A program made the translations under genes and the position numbers. The notes below the pieces were generated by a model. It worked only from the letters and a program-made list of their open reading frames with translations, was not told the origin of the DNA and did no database searches. Positions 47,301-56,971 of a stretch of 64,000 bases of DNA are shown here, one piece after another. Each line of letters starts with the position of its first letter. Positions within the stretch are counted from its first letter, which is position 1. Source of the stretch: Somniosus microcephalus (taxonomy: Eukaryota); the NCBI GenBank assembly GCA_052327205.1, contig CM126211.1, positions 90,334,001-90,398,000 of the forward strand. The letters are read 5' to 3'.

Positions 47301-50300
47301 ATGTCACCCTTAATATTGCAGACAGATAAATTTGTTACAAGCATGTTAAGCCATTAAGTGTTCATATGATAATATTGCACAATTTAATTCCCAGGCTTAT
47401 ATAATTTATGTTTGCAGTTGTCACGATGCAGAAGTTGAGTCTTTCTGTTCTTGAAATCTGATTATATCAATGTGTTCCGTGTCCAGCAACACCCTTGGAC
47501 TTTAAGCAACTTATTAATGAAGCAACATATCTAAATTCAATTAAGAGAAAAGATTGGGTGCAGTCGGAACTGGAACTTTTATTTAATCAAGATGGCAAAG
47601 AAAGGATCTTTCTCAAGTAACTAGAAACAAGTGTGCAGTACATTTTCAAACCAGGTTTGGCTCTAAAGATCCTTAAACCACCTGACATTTTTTAAATGTT
47701 TTAAATAATTATATATCTGCAGAACTTTATAATATTTACGAAAGTGAATTTACACATCTCCACCCACAGAAAAGAGGCTACCTGTAGTTTGTTGTGGATA
47801 GGATGTGGTCATTAAAGTTGGTGACATACTGAAATAACCTTTCTTCAAGTGGAAACCTGGACAATCTGATCTTTGCTCACCTCCCACACGCACTTTCCAA
47901 CGGGGGCCATCAGTAGTTGGACCCTGGCTGTTTCTCCTCCCCAGCTTAGGGGCACAAAAACTAACTGTAGCACCCCCACTGCCATCCCAGGTGACATCAG
48001 TTGACTCTATATCACACTGTGTGCTGAATTTACCTACTGAACCAAGCCATCAAAGGAGCCTGACAATGCAATAATATTAATAAACATTCTACTGCATAGT
48101 AGGAAAACTGTCTCTGTTTTAACAGTAAACATACAACTGCCAGGAATGAATCATTTGAGCTATTTGAGGTGGCTGGCCGTGAACTGAGAATATGTTCATT
48201 GACCTAAAATCAAATCTCAGTATTTCATTCTGCCATCAAATAGTCACATCAGTGCACAGCACACTCTTGTTTAAATTATGCCTATGAATTTTGAAAGCCT
48301 CAATAACGCAGATGCTGATGTGTCTTCAAAATGCAAATGGAATAACTTGTCATCTGAGAGCTGTCCTCTCTCTGAAAAGTGACATGCTTTTTAATGAAGT
48401 TAAATCCATTGCCTGGCCATTCTGGGTATGTGAGCATAAAGCACAGTCTTTCTGCTCAGCACCAGTGTCGACATTTCCATTCCTCATGCTCTGTGTGCCA
48501 TGAGCTGCTACTGTCTGTTCACGGTCCCCAGCCTCCAAGGAGACTAATAGCTGGGATATTTTGTCTAACATAATGACTAGTCTTTTTCCTTTGCGGTTAG
48601 GTTTATTATGCTTTTATCGAGGAGTATCAAGGGTGTTGCCTCTACCTTTGATGATTTGAACTAAACAAACAGGCTGTGGTAAAATGTGCTGTGCACAGAA
48701 ATTGGTAGAAATTATATTTTACTCTCATCTCTGAATTTCTTTCAGACAGAGAATTGTGGCACTGAGATTGAACAGAGCAAACAACAACCTTTCCCAACAA
48801 ATTTCACAGCATCCTCTAAACACACTACTCATGACAGGAATTAGAAAAAGAAACACATTTTACTGCTAACTTAAGCAATCAAACCAGATTCAGAAGCAAT
48901 ACCAGTAATGGTATCTGTACAGACCTCTCACAAAACTCTCACCTTAAAAGCACGCTATCGTTCCTAAAGACTCCAATGATTTAGCATTTATTATTATTTT
49001 CTGAAATTATGAATAATTATAGTTTACCACATATAACAAAACAGTCCTCTTGTTTGGTCAGAACAGAATGATTTTGTCACTGAGTTTTCTTTGTTAATCT
49101 ACTTCCTGGTAGCCCACAGAATTTCAATAGAAATATATTTTGTCAGGAAAAACTTCTATCAACAAGGGAAATACAAAAGAATAATTCCTGATCATAAGAG
49201 CTGCATCTTTATTATCATTCCCCCATGACAGGAAGGATATTAGAGCCACAGAAAACGTGCAGTGAAGAATGATACTAGGAATGAGAATGAAAAATTGAGG
49301 CTTTTTTCACTGGTACAAAAAAGATTAAAAGGGGGATCTAACAGAGATTTTCAGAATTATGAAGGGTTTTGGGAAGGGGTGAGTAATAAAAAGACACTTT
49401 TCACTAACTGGCGAATGGATAAAGAGGAACAGACTCGAGATTATCAATAAAGAAACAAAAAAGGTAAGTAGTGAATATGTATTAACAGATGGTCATTAGA
49501 ACATGGAATGCCTTAGCATGAGTAACTATTGAGATAGAGATTCTAGCATTATTTATAAGGGAATTGGACAAGCATTTGAAAAGAAAGAATTTTTACGGAA
49601 ATGAGAAAAGGATAGGGAAATTAGATTAGGATAGATCCAGTTGAACAGCTAGCACAGACTCAATGGGCCGAGTGGCCTCCATATGTGCTGTAATTTACAT
49701 GGTTCTATAATCAATACAATAATATGGTCTATTTCAGTACATTATGAACACAAGTAAATGGAATAACTAGCTATACTGTTGAGACTTGCATCATTTGCTT
49801 TCAAGTAGTGATGAAAAGGCGAATGAAAAATTCAGATCTTTCTATGGTTATTTATGGGCAACAACTCCTCACCAAATAAATATGTTTCTTTGTATATATG
49901 TTATTTGAAAATTAACTTTTTTGTACTCTTGTATATCTGGAAAATGTTAATTGTCAAACAGTTCCAATTATTTATGAAATTTCTGCCCATATCCTGAGGT
50001 TTTACTGCAACAGAGATTTGTTGCAAAAATGAGCAAGCAGCATCAATTGGAGGGCAGTAAATGTGCGCAAGACCACTGTGTAAGTACAGCCCCCAGTGCA
50101 GTGCTCACCAAAATGCCAACAACAATTCTTTAGTTTCTAATTGTCATTGACTGCATAATATTACCAGTGCTCATGAATAAGCATAAGACTGCACCTTTGT
50201 TACTGTGATAAGGCAATTAAGTTTATGATGAGATAGAACTGAAGGGAAAGAATATAACCCGGGGACAAAGTGATAAATAATTTGCTGTAAACCCTCATAA

Positions 50301-53300
50301 GTAAAATTAAAAACCATTTCATGACAGATTTTTTTGGAAGGGGAGAGATTTGTTAAAATTAATTTTATACACATTGTCCTACTATTTTATGGAATAAATC
50401 ACCTGATCTTATCACTGATTGAAAATATGAATTCTACTTCCATCCCTTTGAGTTCCAAGAGTTACAGAGCTAACAATCTAGCAAGATAGTCTAGTATATA
50501 GGGATAAAAAGGAGCACATAACATAAGTTACATGCATTAGTGAATTTAACAATGATTGATCTATGCTTCCTGTAAATACAGTAAAAGCATTTGAGTAACA
50601 TTACAGCAAGCTAGCAAAAATGCTCCCTTCTCTCCTCACTGTGAGCAAACAGGCAATGAACCTATACTTCAGCAAATGCTCCTGTCTATGAACAGGATGC
50701 TCATTAATCTCAACATACTACATGGACATTCTCTGGTGAGATTTTATTGCATCAAACCAATGAGCTGTAGAAAAGGATCAGTTCCCTGAAATGCATGAAG
50801 ACACTTTCTGACACATCGCAAAGCAGACTGCGCAGATCTGACAAGCCCGCCCTTGTCAGGCAGTTTAAGGGCCACCTTGAAGCAGGCCCTTGTAAACAGA
50901 TGCACAGCATAGCGAAAATGCAGTAACTTCTAAGCAAAGTTTTGTCTCCTTAGGTTTGCTAACTTTGGTTTGGATGTATTCCTGGAGGTTTGGTGAGATG
51001 ACTTCCCACCTCTAACCACCCCACCCGGTCAAACAGCCGTTTCTCCCCATCTCCAATATTTTAATAACTAATTAACGCAAGTGCTCAAAGAAAAAGAGAA
51101 AAACACACATTTTTTATGCCCCTGTGATTTTTCTCCTGGGTTGCTGGCAGCAGTGTCCAGGAGATTCATCTTTAATTCCTGGAGACTTGGGGGCAATCCT
51201 GGGAGGTTGGCACCCTATGTCTCCTGCATATATTAAAGGTAGTTGGTTAGTAATGGTGGTGCTTTGATCAATGCAATAAACCACTCAAAGTCTCTCACCT
51301 GAAAACAAGAATACTGGTAATGTACCATCAGGTGCAATATTCCAATTATTCTGATGGGATTACTCCATTCAGATTGTTAAATTGTCCCAGAATGCTTGCA
51401 CAATCTGGCAACGATTACAGAATACAAATTCCTTTTTCACCCCGACTTGTAGGAAATAAAATTTTCGAAACGGAGAAAATATCAATAACCCACAAGGAAA
51501 AATGGCTAGACAGCTATTGAGTCCGAACTCCTGTTGAAGGGGTTGGCTGCTTTCAGCATCTGAAGAGTGACCTCTGTAGGATTGTACTATTGCCGAGATT
51601 TGCATCTCTCCCCTGTAGTGAGCTAAAGAGCTGCACTTCAGAAATAAACCTCGATCATCTGACTGAAATTTCCCTTCGCTTTTCATTAGAAGTCTTCCAT
51701 TTTTTTTTCATTATTTAATAACTAGCCCCAGAATTTCTAATTCAGCAATATTCTACTATTTTGTTTCCCTCTTGACTACAGCTATTAGAAAACACTGCCA
51801 ATTTAGTTTGTTGTGCTCCAAGTTTGGTATTTTTATTTTGTAGATCGATATGAACACTGCCACCGATACATTAACAATACTGTATATCTAAGTTGAACGA
51901 TATATTAAACATTACAGCTTGTTTAAATGGACAAATATTCAGACCCGCTCAAGCGCTATGCCGCAAAATTAATATTTAACCGCAAAATACCAATGCTGGG
52001 CAAACTTTAAATTTCGCAAACGTAATGCCATACAAGATCTGATTACCTATCGGTCAGAAAAAACCCGAGTTAAAGGATGTGTGTCAGTTTTTTTAGGAGA
52101 GAATTTGAGAATATTATCAGGTTTACCGCAAGCACCAACTTGATCCGTCAGGTTTGCACGGCTGGCTATGATGATCATTTTAAGATCTAAAATCTTTCAA
52201 GAGCGCACTGTAACCAAATGTTTTAATTCGCACAGGATGCCCCAGAACCGAACAACTGGATACAATGCTCGACTGATTCAAGCATTTTCTGCACCAGAAG
52301 TTGTATTTTTCTCTATTTGGTGATTATGTATCTTTAACCATTGAGTATAGTTATTAACCTGTTGCTGTTGTCCCAAAGGAAGCGGTGGATGGGATGACGG
52401 TGCTCGCTTGGAGGAGACTGGAGAATGATTCATCTAAAATCTCCTCGCAACTTTTTTATCCCTTTTAGTGGTTGCTGACTGGGATACTTCTGCAACCCAT
52501 TCTAAGTCGAGTTGTTGAAGTAAGACTCCGGTAAATAGCCGAGGAGATAGCTGAACGTGTCGGAGAGCGGCTGGACGGCTGCTGTGCTAAGAGCGAGAAA
52601 TGTTTCCCTTCCTTGAGAAATAGATTCTCCATTGGCGATCACTCGAACACTTGCAATATGTTCTTAAGTTTTAAATTGACTATCTTCTCCCACCCAAGCA
52701 CTGAGCAAAAGGTTCACACCTGCCGGCCGACTCCTAAATTAAGATGAGATCACGTTCTATAAAGTCTGGGGCCAGGGAATAAGCCCGTCCTCTGGATTTT
52801 ATGAACTTTTTATTTGGAACATGTGGTGCGTTAAAAGCAAGTTTCCACAACTTTTTCTTTCCAACGTGCGGAAGAAAATTGACGTAACTTTTATTGAACG
52901 AAAGTGTCACTTGGCTGAAGATAAATGGCGAGGCTGTAATGTGATTTCTCAATCAATTTTCCAGTTTTTTATTCTGTCCCTAAATCTAATCCAAACCTGG
53001 TTTAAACTCCATCGATCCCTGATTTACAGGAACAAGCAGCCTTTTCCAGCGGCACCTCCTCCGTCACTAACTCGCAGTTTTATGTGGTGTGAATGTTTTT
53101 TTTATATAAAGAAAACACATAATAACCTCCAGAGTCTGCTCTTGACAAAGAGACAGAGCCCAGAAGCAAACAAAGTTACATTTCGCACTCTTACAGGCAA
53201 TTTGGATATCCCGCCATTTGTAGCGCGGAAATATTTATTTTTTCACTTTGCCTTTGTAAGCGAACGTGTATCAGCCTTGACCAAACAGGCAGCATTAAAA

Positions 53301-55058
53301 GTTGCACTGCATCTTGCAGCGTGGTGCTTTAGAATTTAAGTAATTATGTTAAAATTCAAATATATGATTAAAAAATGTTCGTACACACTTTTTTAAATGT
53401 GCTATAATTTATAAACCGGTGCAAAATTGCCCAGGAAGATTCCCTAGCAACTTTAAATCCTGCCTGAGTGAGGCTGATCGTGAACTAAACTTTTCAGGGA
53501 TGTGGCAGGAAAGGTCTGAGTAATTAAAAAAAGGAGCAAAGCTGAGCAGATTTACATTGGTCATCAAGTTTCTTATCTTGACCAGTTTTTGGTAGCTGGG
53601 ACACTCCATTTACTCTAACACTTTAAACAAACATTTGCTTATTGAGTTCCAAACGAAAGGTTTAACACAACTCCGATAAGAAGCTGATTCATAGACAACA
53701 CACTTCACGGGCGAACACAGTTTTAACTGTGTGTGTGCTTTTCCTTTACGTTAAAGTGATAGACTGCGAACAGAATCCTGAAAGGATCATTCATCTCGAG
53801 GGGGGTGGGTTGACAGCGGTACAGGCTTATGTTGGGGTAAATTACAATTCATAGTTTTTATATATTTTTAAAATTTTGCTTTCTTTTTATTTTAGCACGA
53901 GCACCAGTTGCACTCGGAGCAATGAGTTTCAAATTATAATTTCTGAAACAGAACAAAGGAGGTGTTTGGGGTGGGGGGATAGCCATTTTTATTTTTGGCT
54001 TTAAATACAGTGTTCATTTAATAGCGCGTGTGTCTCAATGCAGAAATTATCGGGGCGATTTCCCCGCACTTGCTTTTCTATACCAACTATAACTTGGGTT
54101 TGGGATAATTCAGGAAATAAAACCTGTATAACTGATTAGATTTCCTGGAGAGACTCGCCTTGCAGTAAAAACTTCGGCAAAGCCTCGAATGCAGGCTTAT
54201 TGTTGGCTGCAGAGTCTCATCCAACACACTGACAGGTAGAAGCGCTTCCTCCCGAACATTAGCACCGAACCCTATACTAACGCCACCTGCTTCCTTGTCT
54301 ATTCGGCTGCTGCTTAGAATATAAATCGCTCTGGGGTTAAGATGCACGTCTGTTGAGTGTGGATTTTTTCCCCCCAAAAGCTCGACACGGTCTCTGTTGC
54401 GACCCGAGTGTCTCCTGGTTCTATCTCGCCACCTCCCCATTCCTGTTCTCCCAGCCGAGGTCACCCAGAGAGGCTGAGTCCATATAGACACCGGGGTATT
54501 TTAATTTCGCACCGCTCGTAAAATCCGTCTCTACCACCCACCACATAAAAACACCTTCAATATATCAAAGGCTGTAATATTACAAAAACCTGCGTCTACA
54601 TTAGACCGGCGGCCAGCAATTCGCAACTGAGTCCCCGAGATCCCCGCTGATCGCGGTCTCGGTCCGGCTTCTGTACAAACAAACAACCGCGGCTGAATCC
54701 TCAGGAACTGCTCAAGTCTCTCCGACAGTTACAGGAGGACCTAGTTAAATAGAATTTATCGCACGAGTGTGTCGATTATTACACCTCTGTGATTACAATA
54801 ACACTGAGATCGGGACGGGGGCTGCGATCAAGTCAATTCCACCTTGTACCGTGCTGTGTGTATCTAGAACATGAGAAATAAAATATCAAAGTTGCAGGTG
54901 TTGAGCCTGACCAAGACCATCAGTTGTTTCACTTACTTGGGATTTGAGGAATTCCAATATATAGGTGCCAAAATTTCACAGTTTGATATAGCCAGCCTGC
55001 ATAAAACGAACACAACTCCCAAATAGTATTTCCAAAGCGAGTTCCTTATTGCCATCAT
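1901..55058 (-). CDS. EFNB2: Ephrin-B2, complete spliced CDS: join(55058-54937, 30430-30147, 10257-10165, 8848-8750, 2313-1901); 336 aa
   Basis: Exon lengths 122+284+93+99+413 = 1011 nt, in frame, with all introns GT..AG. The translation gives a signal peptide, an ephrin domain ([12 protein letters not shown] loop), a TM helix and a cytoplasmic tail ([22 protein letters not shown]...[30 protein letters not shown]) matching ephrin-B2 rather than B1/B3. Confidence 0.97.
2700..3430. mobile_element. Non-autonomous DNA transposon (Harbinger/PIF-like MITE, family A), GC-rich
   Basis: TSD TTG at 2697-2699 and 3431-3433; imperfect 18-bp TIRs GGGCTAAAAATTCGGTGG / GGCCTAGAAATTTGGTGG; a second copy at 17849. 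Confidence 0.85.
4315..4570 (+). mobile_element. CR1 LINE 3' fragment (degenerate)
   Basis: Degenerate end of ORF2 (RRLR.DLIEVF.M.KG...TRGH.LK-like), similar to 8060-8300. Confidence 0.75.
4706..4840 (+). mobile_element. Short Penelope-pLTR/retrozyme-like element, subfamily 1 (degenerate hammerhead)
   Basis: 10-bp TSD TAGAACCTAA at 4696-4705 and 4841-4850; body nearly identical to 45178-45312. Confidence 0.75.
5149..5811. mobile_element. Harbinger/PIF-like MITE, body related to family A, inverted relative to 2700-3430
   Basis: TSD TAA at 5146-5148 and 5812-5814; TIR GGGGGAAAA; shares internal blocks (CCATTTTTTT..GCCGCCTGCCAGC, CCCCTCCCCTTTAA) with family A. Confidence 0.85.
7150..8460 (+). 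mobile_element. CR1 LINE, 5'-truncated, disrupted RT/ORF2 with 3' tail
   Basis: Fragmentary RT motifs ([52 protein letters not shown]) with stops and frameshifts; ends in (GATTCTAT)n. Confidence 0.92.
8750..8848 (-). CDS. EFNB2: EFNB2 coding exon 4 (juxtamembrane linker [33 protein letters not shown])
   Basis: Acceptor ctttttag| at 8849 and donor GAAG|GTAACC at 8749; 99 nt, phase 1-1, which keeps exon 3 in frame with exon 5. The sequence is divergent, so the donor is inferred from phase. Confidence 0.85.
10165..10257 (-). CDS. EFNB2: EFNB2 coding exon 3 ([31 protein letters not shown])
   Basis: Acceptor tttcccag| at 10258 and donor G|GTAAGA at 10164; 93 nt, phase 1-1; encodes the end of the ephrin domain. 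Confidence 0.96.
11170..12210 (-). mobile_element. DeuSINE (SacSINE1-like) 3' part, interrupted by a MITE at 11359-12092
   Basis: Segments 11170-11358 and 12093-12210 rejoin into a sequence colinear with the other SINE copies in the window. Confidence 0.85.
11359..12092. mobile_element. Harbinger/PIF-like MITE (AT-rich centre, multiple internal hairpins) nested in a DeuSINE
   Basis: TIRs GGGCCTGGATTT / GGACCTGAAATT; splits the SINE with a 2-3 bp duplication (TAT/CAT). Confidence 0.8.
12899..13371 (-). mobile_element. DeuSINE (tRNA-derived, SacSINE1-like), full length
   Basis: tRNA head with A box (TGGCTCAGTTGG) and B box (GGGTTCAAGTC), Deu-type central domain (GAAGAAGAGCAG..GGTGTCCTGG) and an L2-like ATATAAATGCAAG tail. 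Confidence 0.9.
17044..17480 (+). mobile_element. DeuSINE, full length
   Basis: A box at 17055-17066, B box at ~17093-17105; same body and tail as the other copies. Confidence 0.9.
17849..18249. mobile_element. Family A MITE, internally deleted, inverted relative to 2700-3430
   Basis: Both TIRs present, flanks TAA/TTA; roughly 90% identical by eye to the reverse complement of 3052-3430. Confidence 0.88.
18313..19064 (-). mobile_element. 5'-truncated non-LTR retrotransposon, RTE-X-like (C-terminal Cys/His motif), apparently young
   Basis: Open 186-aa frame with [14 protein letters not shown]...[17 protein letters not shown], then a 3' UTR, AATAAA and a (TGAAT)n tail at 18313-18338. The clade is assigned from motif recognition. 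Confidence 0.8.
21484..21989. mobile_element. Degenerate MITE-like element (Harbinger-type ends)
   Basis: GC-richer block; the right end TTTCTAGGC resembles the family A TIR and the left end has GTGAAATT. No TSD found. Confidence 0.45.
24911..25706. mobile_element. Harbinger/PIF-like MITE (related in style to 32616-33555)
   Basis: Imperfect TIRs GAGGGTAATTTTAAC / GGGGATGACTTTAAC, CpG-rich body, internal inverted CAAGGTAAGT pair. Confidence 0.65.
25855..26307 (+). mobile_element. DeuSINE, near full length
   Basis: Colinear with 17044-17480. Confidence 0.9.
26977..27072 (-). mobile_element. Short Penelope-pLTR/retrozyme-like element, subfamily 2
   Basis: 13-bp TSD AATGAGGTCTACT at 26964-26976 and 27073-27085; the reverse complement is nearly identical to 46997-47091. 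Confidence 0.8.
27848..28302 (-). mobile_element. DeuSINE, near full length
   Basis: Reverse complement is colinear with 25855-26307. Confidence 0.88.
28415..28770 (+). mobile_element. L2-type LINE 3' fragment
   Basis: Decayed ORF2 end (..AF....P...N..P.......F.TLLK.HLF) and tail GCTATATAAGTGCAAGTTATTGTTG; paralogous to 31708-32050. Confidence 0.8.
29814..30060 (+). mobile_element. DeuSINE 3' half
   Basis: Runs from GAAGAAGAGCAGG to the TATATGAATGCAAG tail; ends ~85 bp from the exon 2 donor. Confidence 0.85.
30147..30430 (-). CDS. EFNB2: EFNB2 coding exon 2 (ephrin receptor-binding domain)
   Basis: Acceptor ttattttcag|G at 30431, translation [26 protein letters not shown]...[21 protein letters not shown], donor T|GTAAGT at 30146; 284 nt. 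Confidence 0.97.
31708..32050 (+). mobile_element. L2-type LINE 3' fragment
   Basis: ORF remnant [18 protein letters not shown]...[10 protein letters not shown]; tail TATATAAATGCAAGTTGTTGTT. Confidence 0.85.
32150..32230 (+). mobile_element. CR1-type 3' tail fragment
   Basis: CAGCCAT..TATTGAATGGCG..GCAGGCTTGAGGG..TGGCCTA.TCCTGCT..TTCTTATGTTCTTAT. Confidence 0.65.
32616..33555. mobile_element. Harbinger/PIF-like MITE, G-rich, with an internal splice-donor hairpin
   Basis: TSD AAT at 32613-32615 and 33556-33558; TIRs GGGCTGAATTTTAA / GGAGGGAGTTTTAA. Confidence 0.8.
35385..35795 (+). mobile_element. Old CR1 3' fragment interrupted by a 124-bp MITE
   Basis: HKLRI...IKGEVRK...RVVRMWNS remnant, then a GGGCCTGTTCTGTGCTG..ATTCTATGAT tail after the insertion. 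Confidence 0.7.
35512..35635. mobile_element. 124-bp MITE (Harbinger/Tourist-like)
   Basis: 29-bp TIRs (24/29 match); TSD CAT at 35509-35511 and 35636-35638. Confidence 0.85.
37272..37960. mobile_element. Harbinger/PIF-like MITE with AT-rich centre
   Basis: TIRs GGCC-GGAGTTTCCTG / GGCCTGGAGTTTCCTG, CpG-bearing arms around an AT-rich core; TSD not clean. Confidence 0.75.
40240..40740 (-). mobile_element. Highly decayed CR1-like LINE fragment
   Basis: Remnant ENIVTPI(Y)...PL (CR1 ORF2 pre-RT motif) and CR1-like 3' segments. Confidence 0.4.
43145..43510 (+). mobile_element. Older SINE-like interspersed repeat
   Basis: Shares blocks (GGGTGCTRCARTT, GGGAGGRGAAA..CAGCCAG) with a reverse-oriented copy at ~47860-48060; tRNA-like head remnant. 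Confidence 0.5.
45178..45312 (+). mobile_element. Short Penelope-pLTR/retrozyme-like element, subfamily 1
   Basis: 19-bp TSD TAGGGAAACTGG(A/G)TGCAGT at 45159-45177 and 45313-45331; begins GATGA-A-AGGT-CATCA-ACCT-GAAAC. Confidence 0.82.
46974..47091 (+). mobile_element. Short Penelope-pLTR/retrozyme-like element, subfamily 2
   Basis: 13-bp TSD TGCTTGAAAGGGC at 46961-46973 and 47092-47104; has the best preserved hammerhead motif. Confidence 0.82.
46993..47027 (+). ncRNA. Minimal type I hammerhead ribozyme-like motif (C3U variant)
   Basis: AGUU-[UUGAAGA]-A-GGGU-CAA-ACCC-[GAAAC]-[GUC]-AACU: stem I AGUU/AACU, stem II GGGU/ACCC, and a palindromic ACGU in place of stem III. Confidence 0.65.
47860..48060 (-). 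mobile_element. Older SINE-like repeat, second copy of the 43145-43510 family
   Basis: Reverse-complement similarity to 43230-43390. Confidence 0.45.
49230..49710 (+). mobile_element. Decayed CR1 LINE 3' fragment
   Basis: [13 protein letters not shown] remnant and tail GGGCCGAGTGGCCTCC..TGTGCTGTAA..TTCTAT. Confidence 0.8.
50951..51217. mobile_element. hAT-superfamily MITE (TAGGG-type TIR, Blackjack-like)
   Basis: Perfect 8-bp TSD TGTCTCCT at 50943-50950 and 51218-51225; TIRs TAGGTTTGCTAAC / TAGGG-TGCCAAC. Confidence 0.85.
54937..55058 (-). CDS. EFNB2: EFNB2 coding exon 1 (signal peptide: [41 protein letters not shown])
   Basis: Read by hand; absent from the ORF track. Tandem ATGs at 55058 and 55055, the PIYWNSSN ephrin-B motif, and donor AA|GTAAGT at 54936; 122 nt, phase 2. 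Confidence 0.95.
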
Positions 55059-55575
55059 CACCGTTCACTTCGTCCTCCGACAATATAGGTATAAATATTA
55101 TCGCGTGTCTTCGTCCTGGGTGCGTCTCCTCTCAAATGTCTGGACGGTATCCCTTTCCCAAAAGCACACTTTTGATCCGAGCCTCTGCCTCGCCGAAACT
55201 TGAAATGGACTCTCGCGTTCCAGTCGCTGCTGATCCAGTGGAGTTGTTTGCAGAGCGGGGCACTCGGTCTCACACTCGGCCGCTTGCCCTCCTCATTCCC
55301 CCCGTGTTACTGTAAATCGCTGCAACTCTTTTTGCATCTAGGCACTTGCTTGCATTGCAACAGCAGAATGAGCCAAAATTTTCAGCTGCAAACCTTTTTT
55401 TCTCTCTCTGTCTAATTAATCTTTGCTGTTTGCGATTTCCAAATCTGCCCGATAGGTTAACAGAAGTACGGAGCGATGTGCATACAAGCGCGCTCTGTCT
55501 GTGTGTGTTTTATGTGTGTGTGTATTCCTGTCTCGGTCTGCGCTCCACTTGGTCACTTTCACGATCCAGGACGTG
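55059..55575 (-). other. Probable EFNB2 5' UTR containing four short uORFs
   Basis: Lies between the ATG and a TSS inferred ~30 nt downstream of the TATA-like box; uATGs at 55483, 55355, 55337 and 55296. Confidence 0.6.
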
Positions 55576-55594
55576 ATGAGCCAGCTCTTTGCAA

Positions 55595-55760
55595 GAAAGC
55601 TATATACCTCCCAACAACCCACCGTGAGAGCGAGCCCCCGTTCATTGGTCCATCCGGCCACCTGCAGCCGCCGCTCCACCTGACTGACAGGCAAAGTCGC
55701 GCTCTCATTGGTCGCAGGAGCCGTCAATCAACGCCTTCCCCCTCCATTGTTATTGTTTCA
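55595..55760 (-). promoter_or_regulatory. EFNB2 core/proximal promoter: TATA-like box, two CCAAT boxes, PBX-MEIS/PREP decamer
   Basis: TATATA at 55601-55606, CCAAT (plus-strand ATTGG) at 55644-55648 and 55707-55711, TGACTGACAG at 55681-55690, TGATTGAC (minus) at ~55723-55730, all in a CpG-rich context. Confidence 0.75.
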
Positions 55761-56971
55761 TCCGATTAAGGCTGAGCTGAGCGAGATTGTTAGCAGCCAG
55801 TCGAACAGCACAGGTAACCAAATAAAACAGAGCAAATAAACATAACTGCAGCGTTTCTGTGTAAACCCTCACACTATTTCATTTGCACTTGATAATGGGA
55901 AGGAATGCGTTTTAGCACAAATCTCATTATCGTCTGATTTTAGGTGGTGATGGGAGGCGGGGAGAATACCCGCAGTCCACTGCACTCACCATCACTTCAA
56001 TAAACTGATAAAGTTTGCACTTTGCAATAAAGTTCAACATGATTCCCTGACAAATGTTCTCTAACTGTCCAAATCTGTAACATTGCATTGGGGGAGGGGA
56101 AAAAGGCACCGACTGCAGATGCAAGGTTTCATATATGCACGAATTAAATGAAGGGGAAAAGTCTAATTCTTGAGAAACATTCACTTTAGAGTTAAATAAC
56201 TATTGCATCTAACTCTAGAAGTAATCAATTATGCACCATCCGTTGACTTGCTGCAATTCCATGCAGTCGTGTTGTGTTTAAGGAATGAAACGGCTGGGGC
56301 TGGGCTGGGCATTAGATGCCGTGATGTCAAGGTATGATATTGTGAGGCACCAGCCAGGATCCGACTGACTTTAGTCTTTTTCATGGATCAACAGCGCCCA
56401 CTAGAGATTAAATCTGAAATGTTCACCAGATATCCCCGCGATGACTCTGGGTCTTACCGCCTTGCAAGTCCTGAGGCACTCTCGCGGCGAATTCACTGTC
56501 ACGGTAAACGTGTTTTTTTTCGATTCTTACACCTATCATTGAAATGTTATGAAGACTGTCTTGACTTGATCGACACATTTAGCTTCTTGGGGTAATTTAA
56601 CCCCACTGAGATGATTTAGTATTGTAACTTTTGAAGTTCGTGGAGACTAATCGTCAGCAAAAACTGAAATCCAGACTTTGAAGCAATTTCTACGTGCAAT
56701 ATTTAAATTATTCCTGTAAGAGATCAGAGCCCTGAATACATTGAGTTTAGGACAATATTTTCTTAAGGGGCAACATTGTCTTTGAAATAAGTTTGTTTGT
56801 TCGGTTTATTTACCATGGAACATTAAAATAGGCATCCAACAATGAACAGCAGATTTAGAAAAAGCTGATGGTACGGCCATTTCATCAGTTTCTGCCACAA
56901 AGCCCTTGCACAATTGCTCTAATGCAGTAATAATTCTTCCAAATCTCTATACTAATACGACATTTTGAGTA

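Noticed and set aside
52821-53339. 172-aa plus-strand ORF (also 54087-54491 and 58739-59161)
   Set aside because: No recognisable domain and composition typical of non-coding DNA; they sit in the regulatory domain around exon 1.
53715-53732. Short palindrome ACACAGTT-TT-AACTGTGT (and similar at ~50007-50026)
   Set aside because: Isolated 8-bp inverted repeats are expected by chance in 64 kb.
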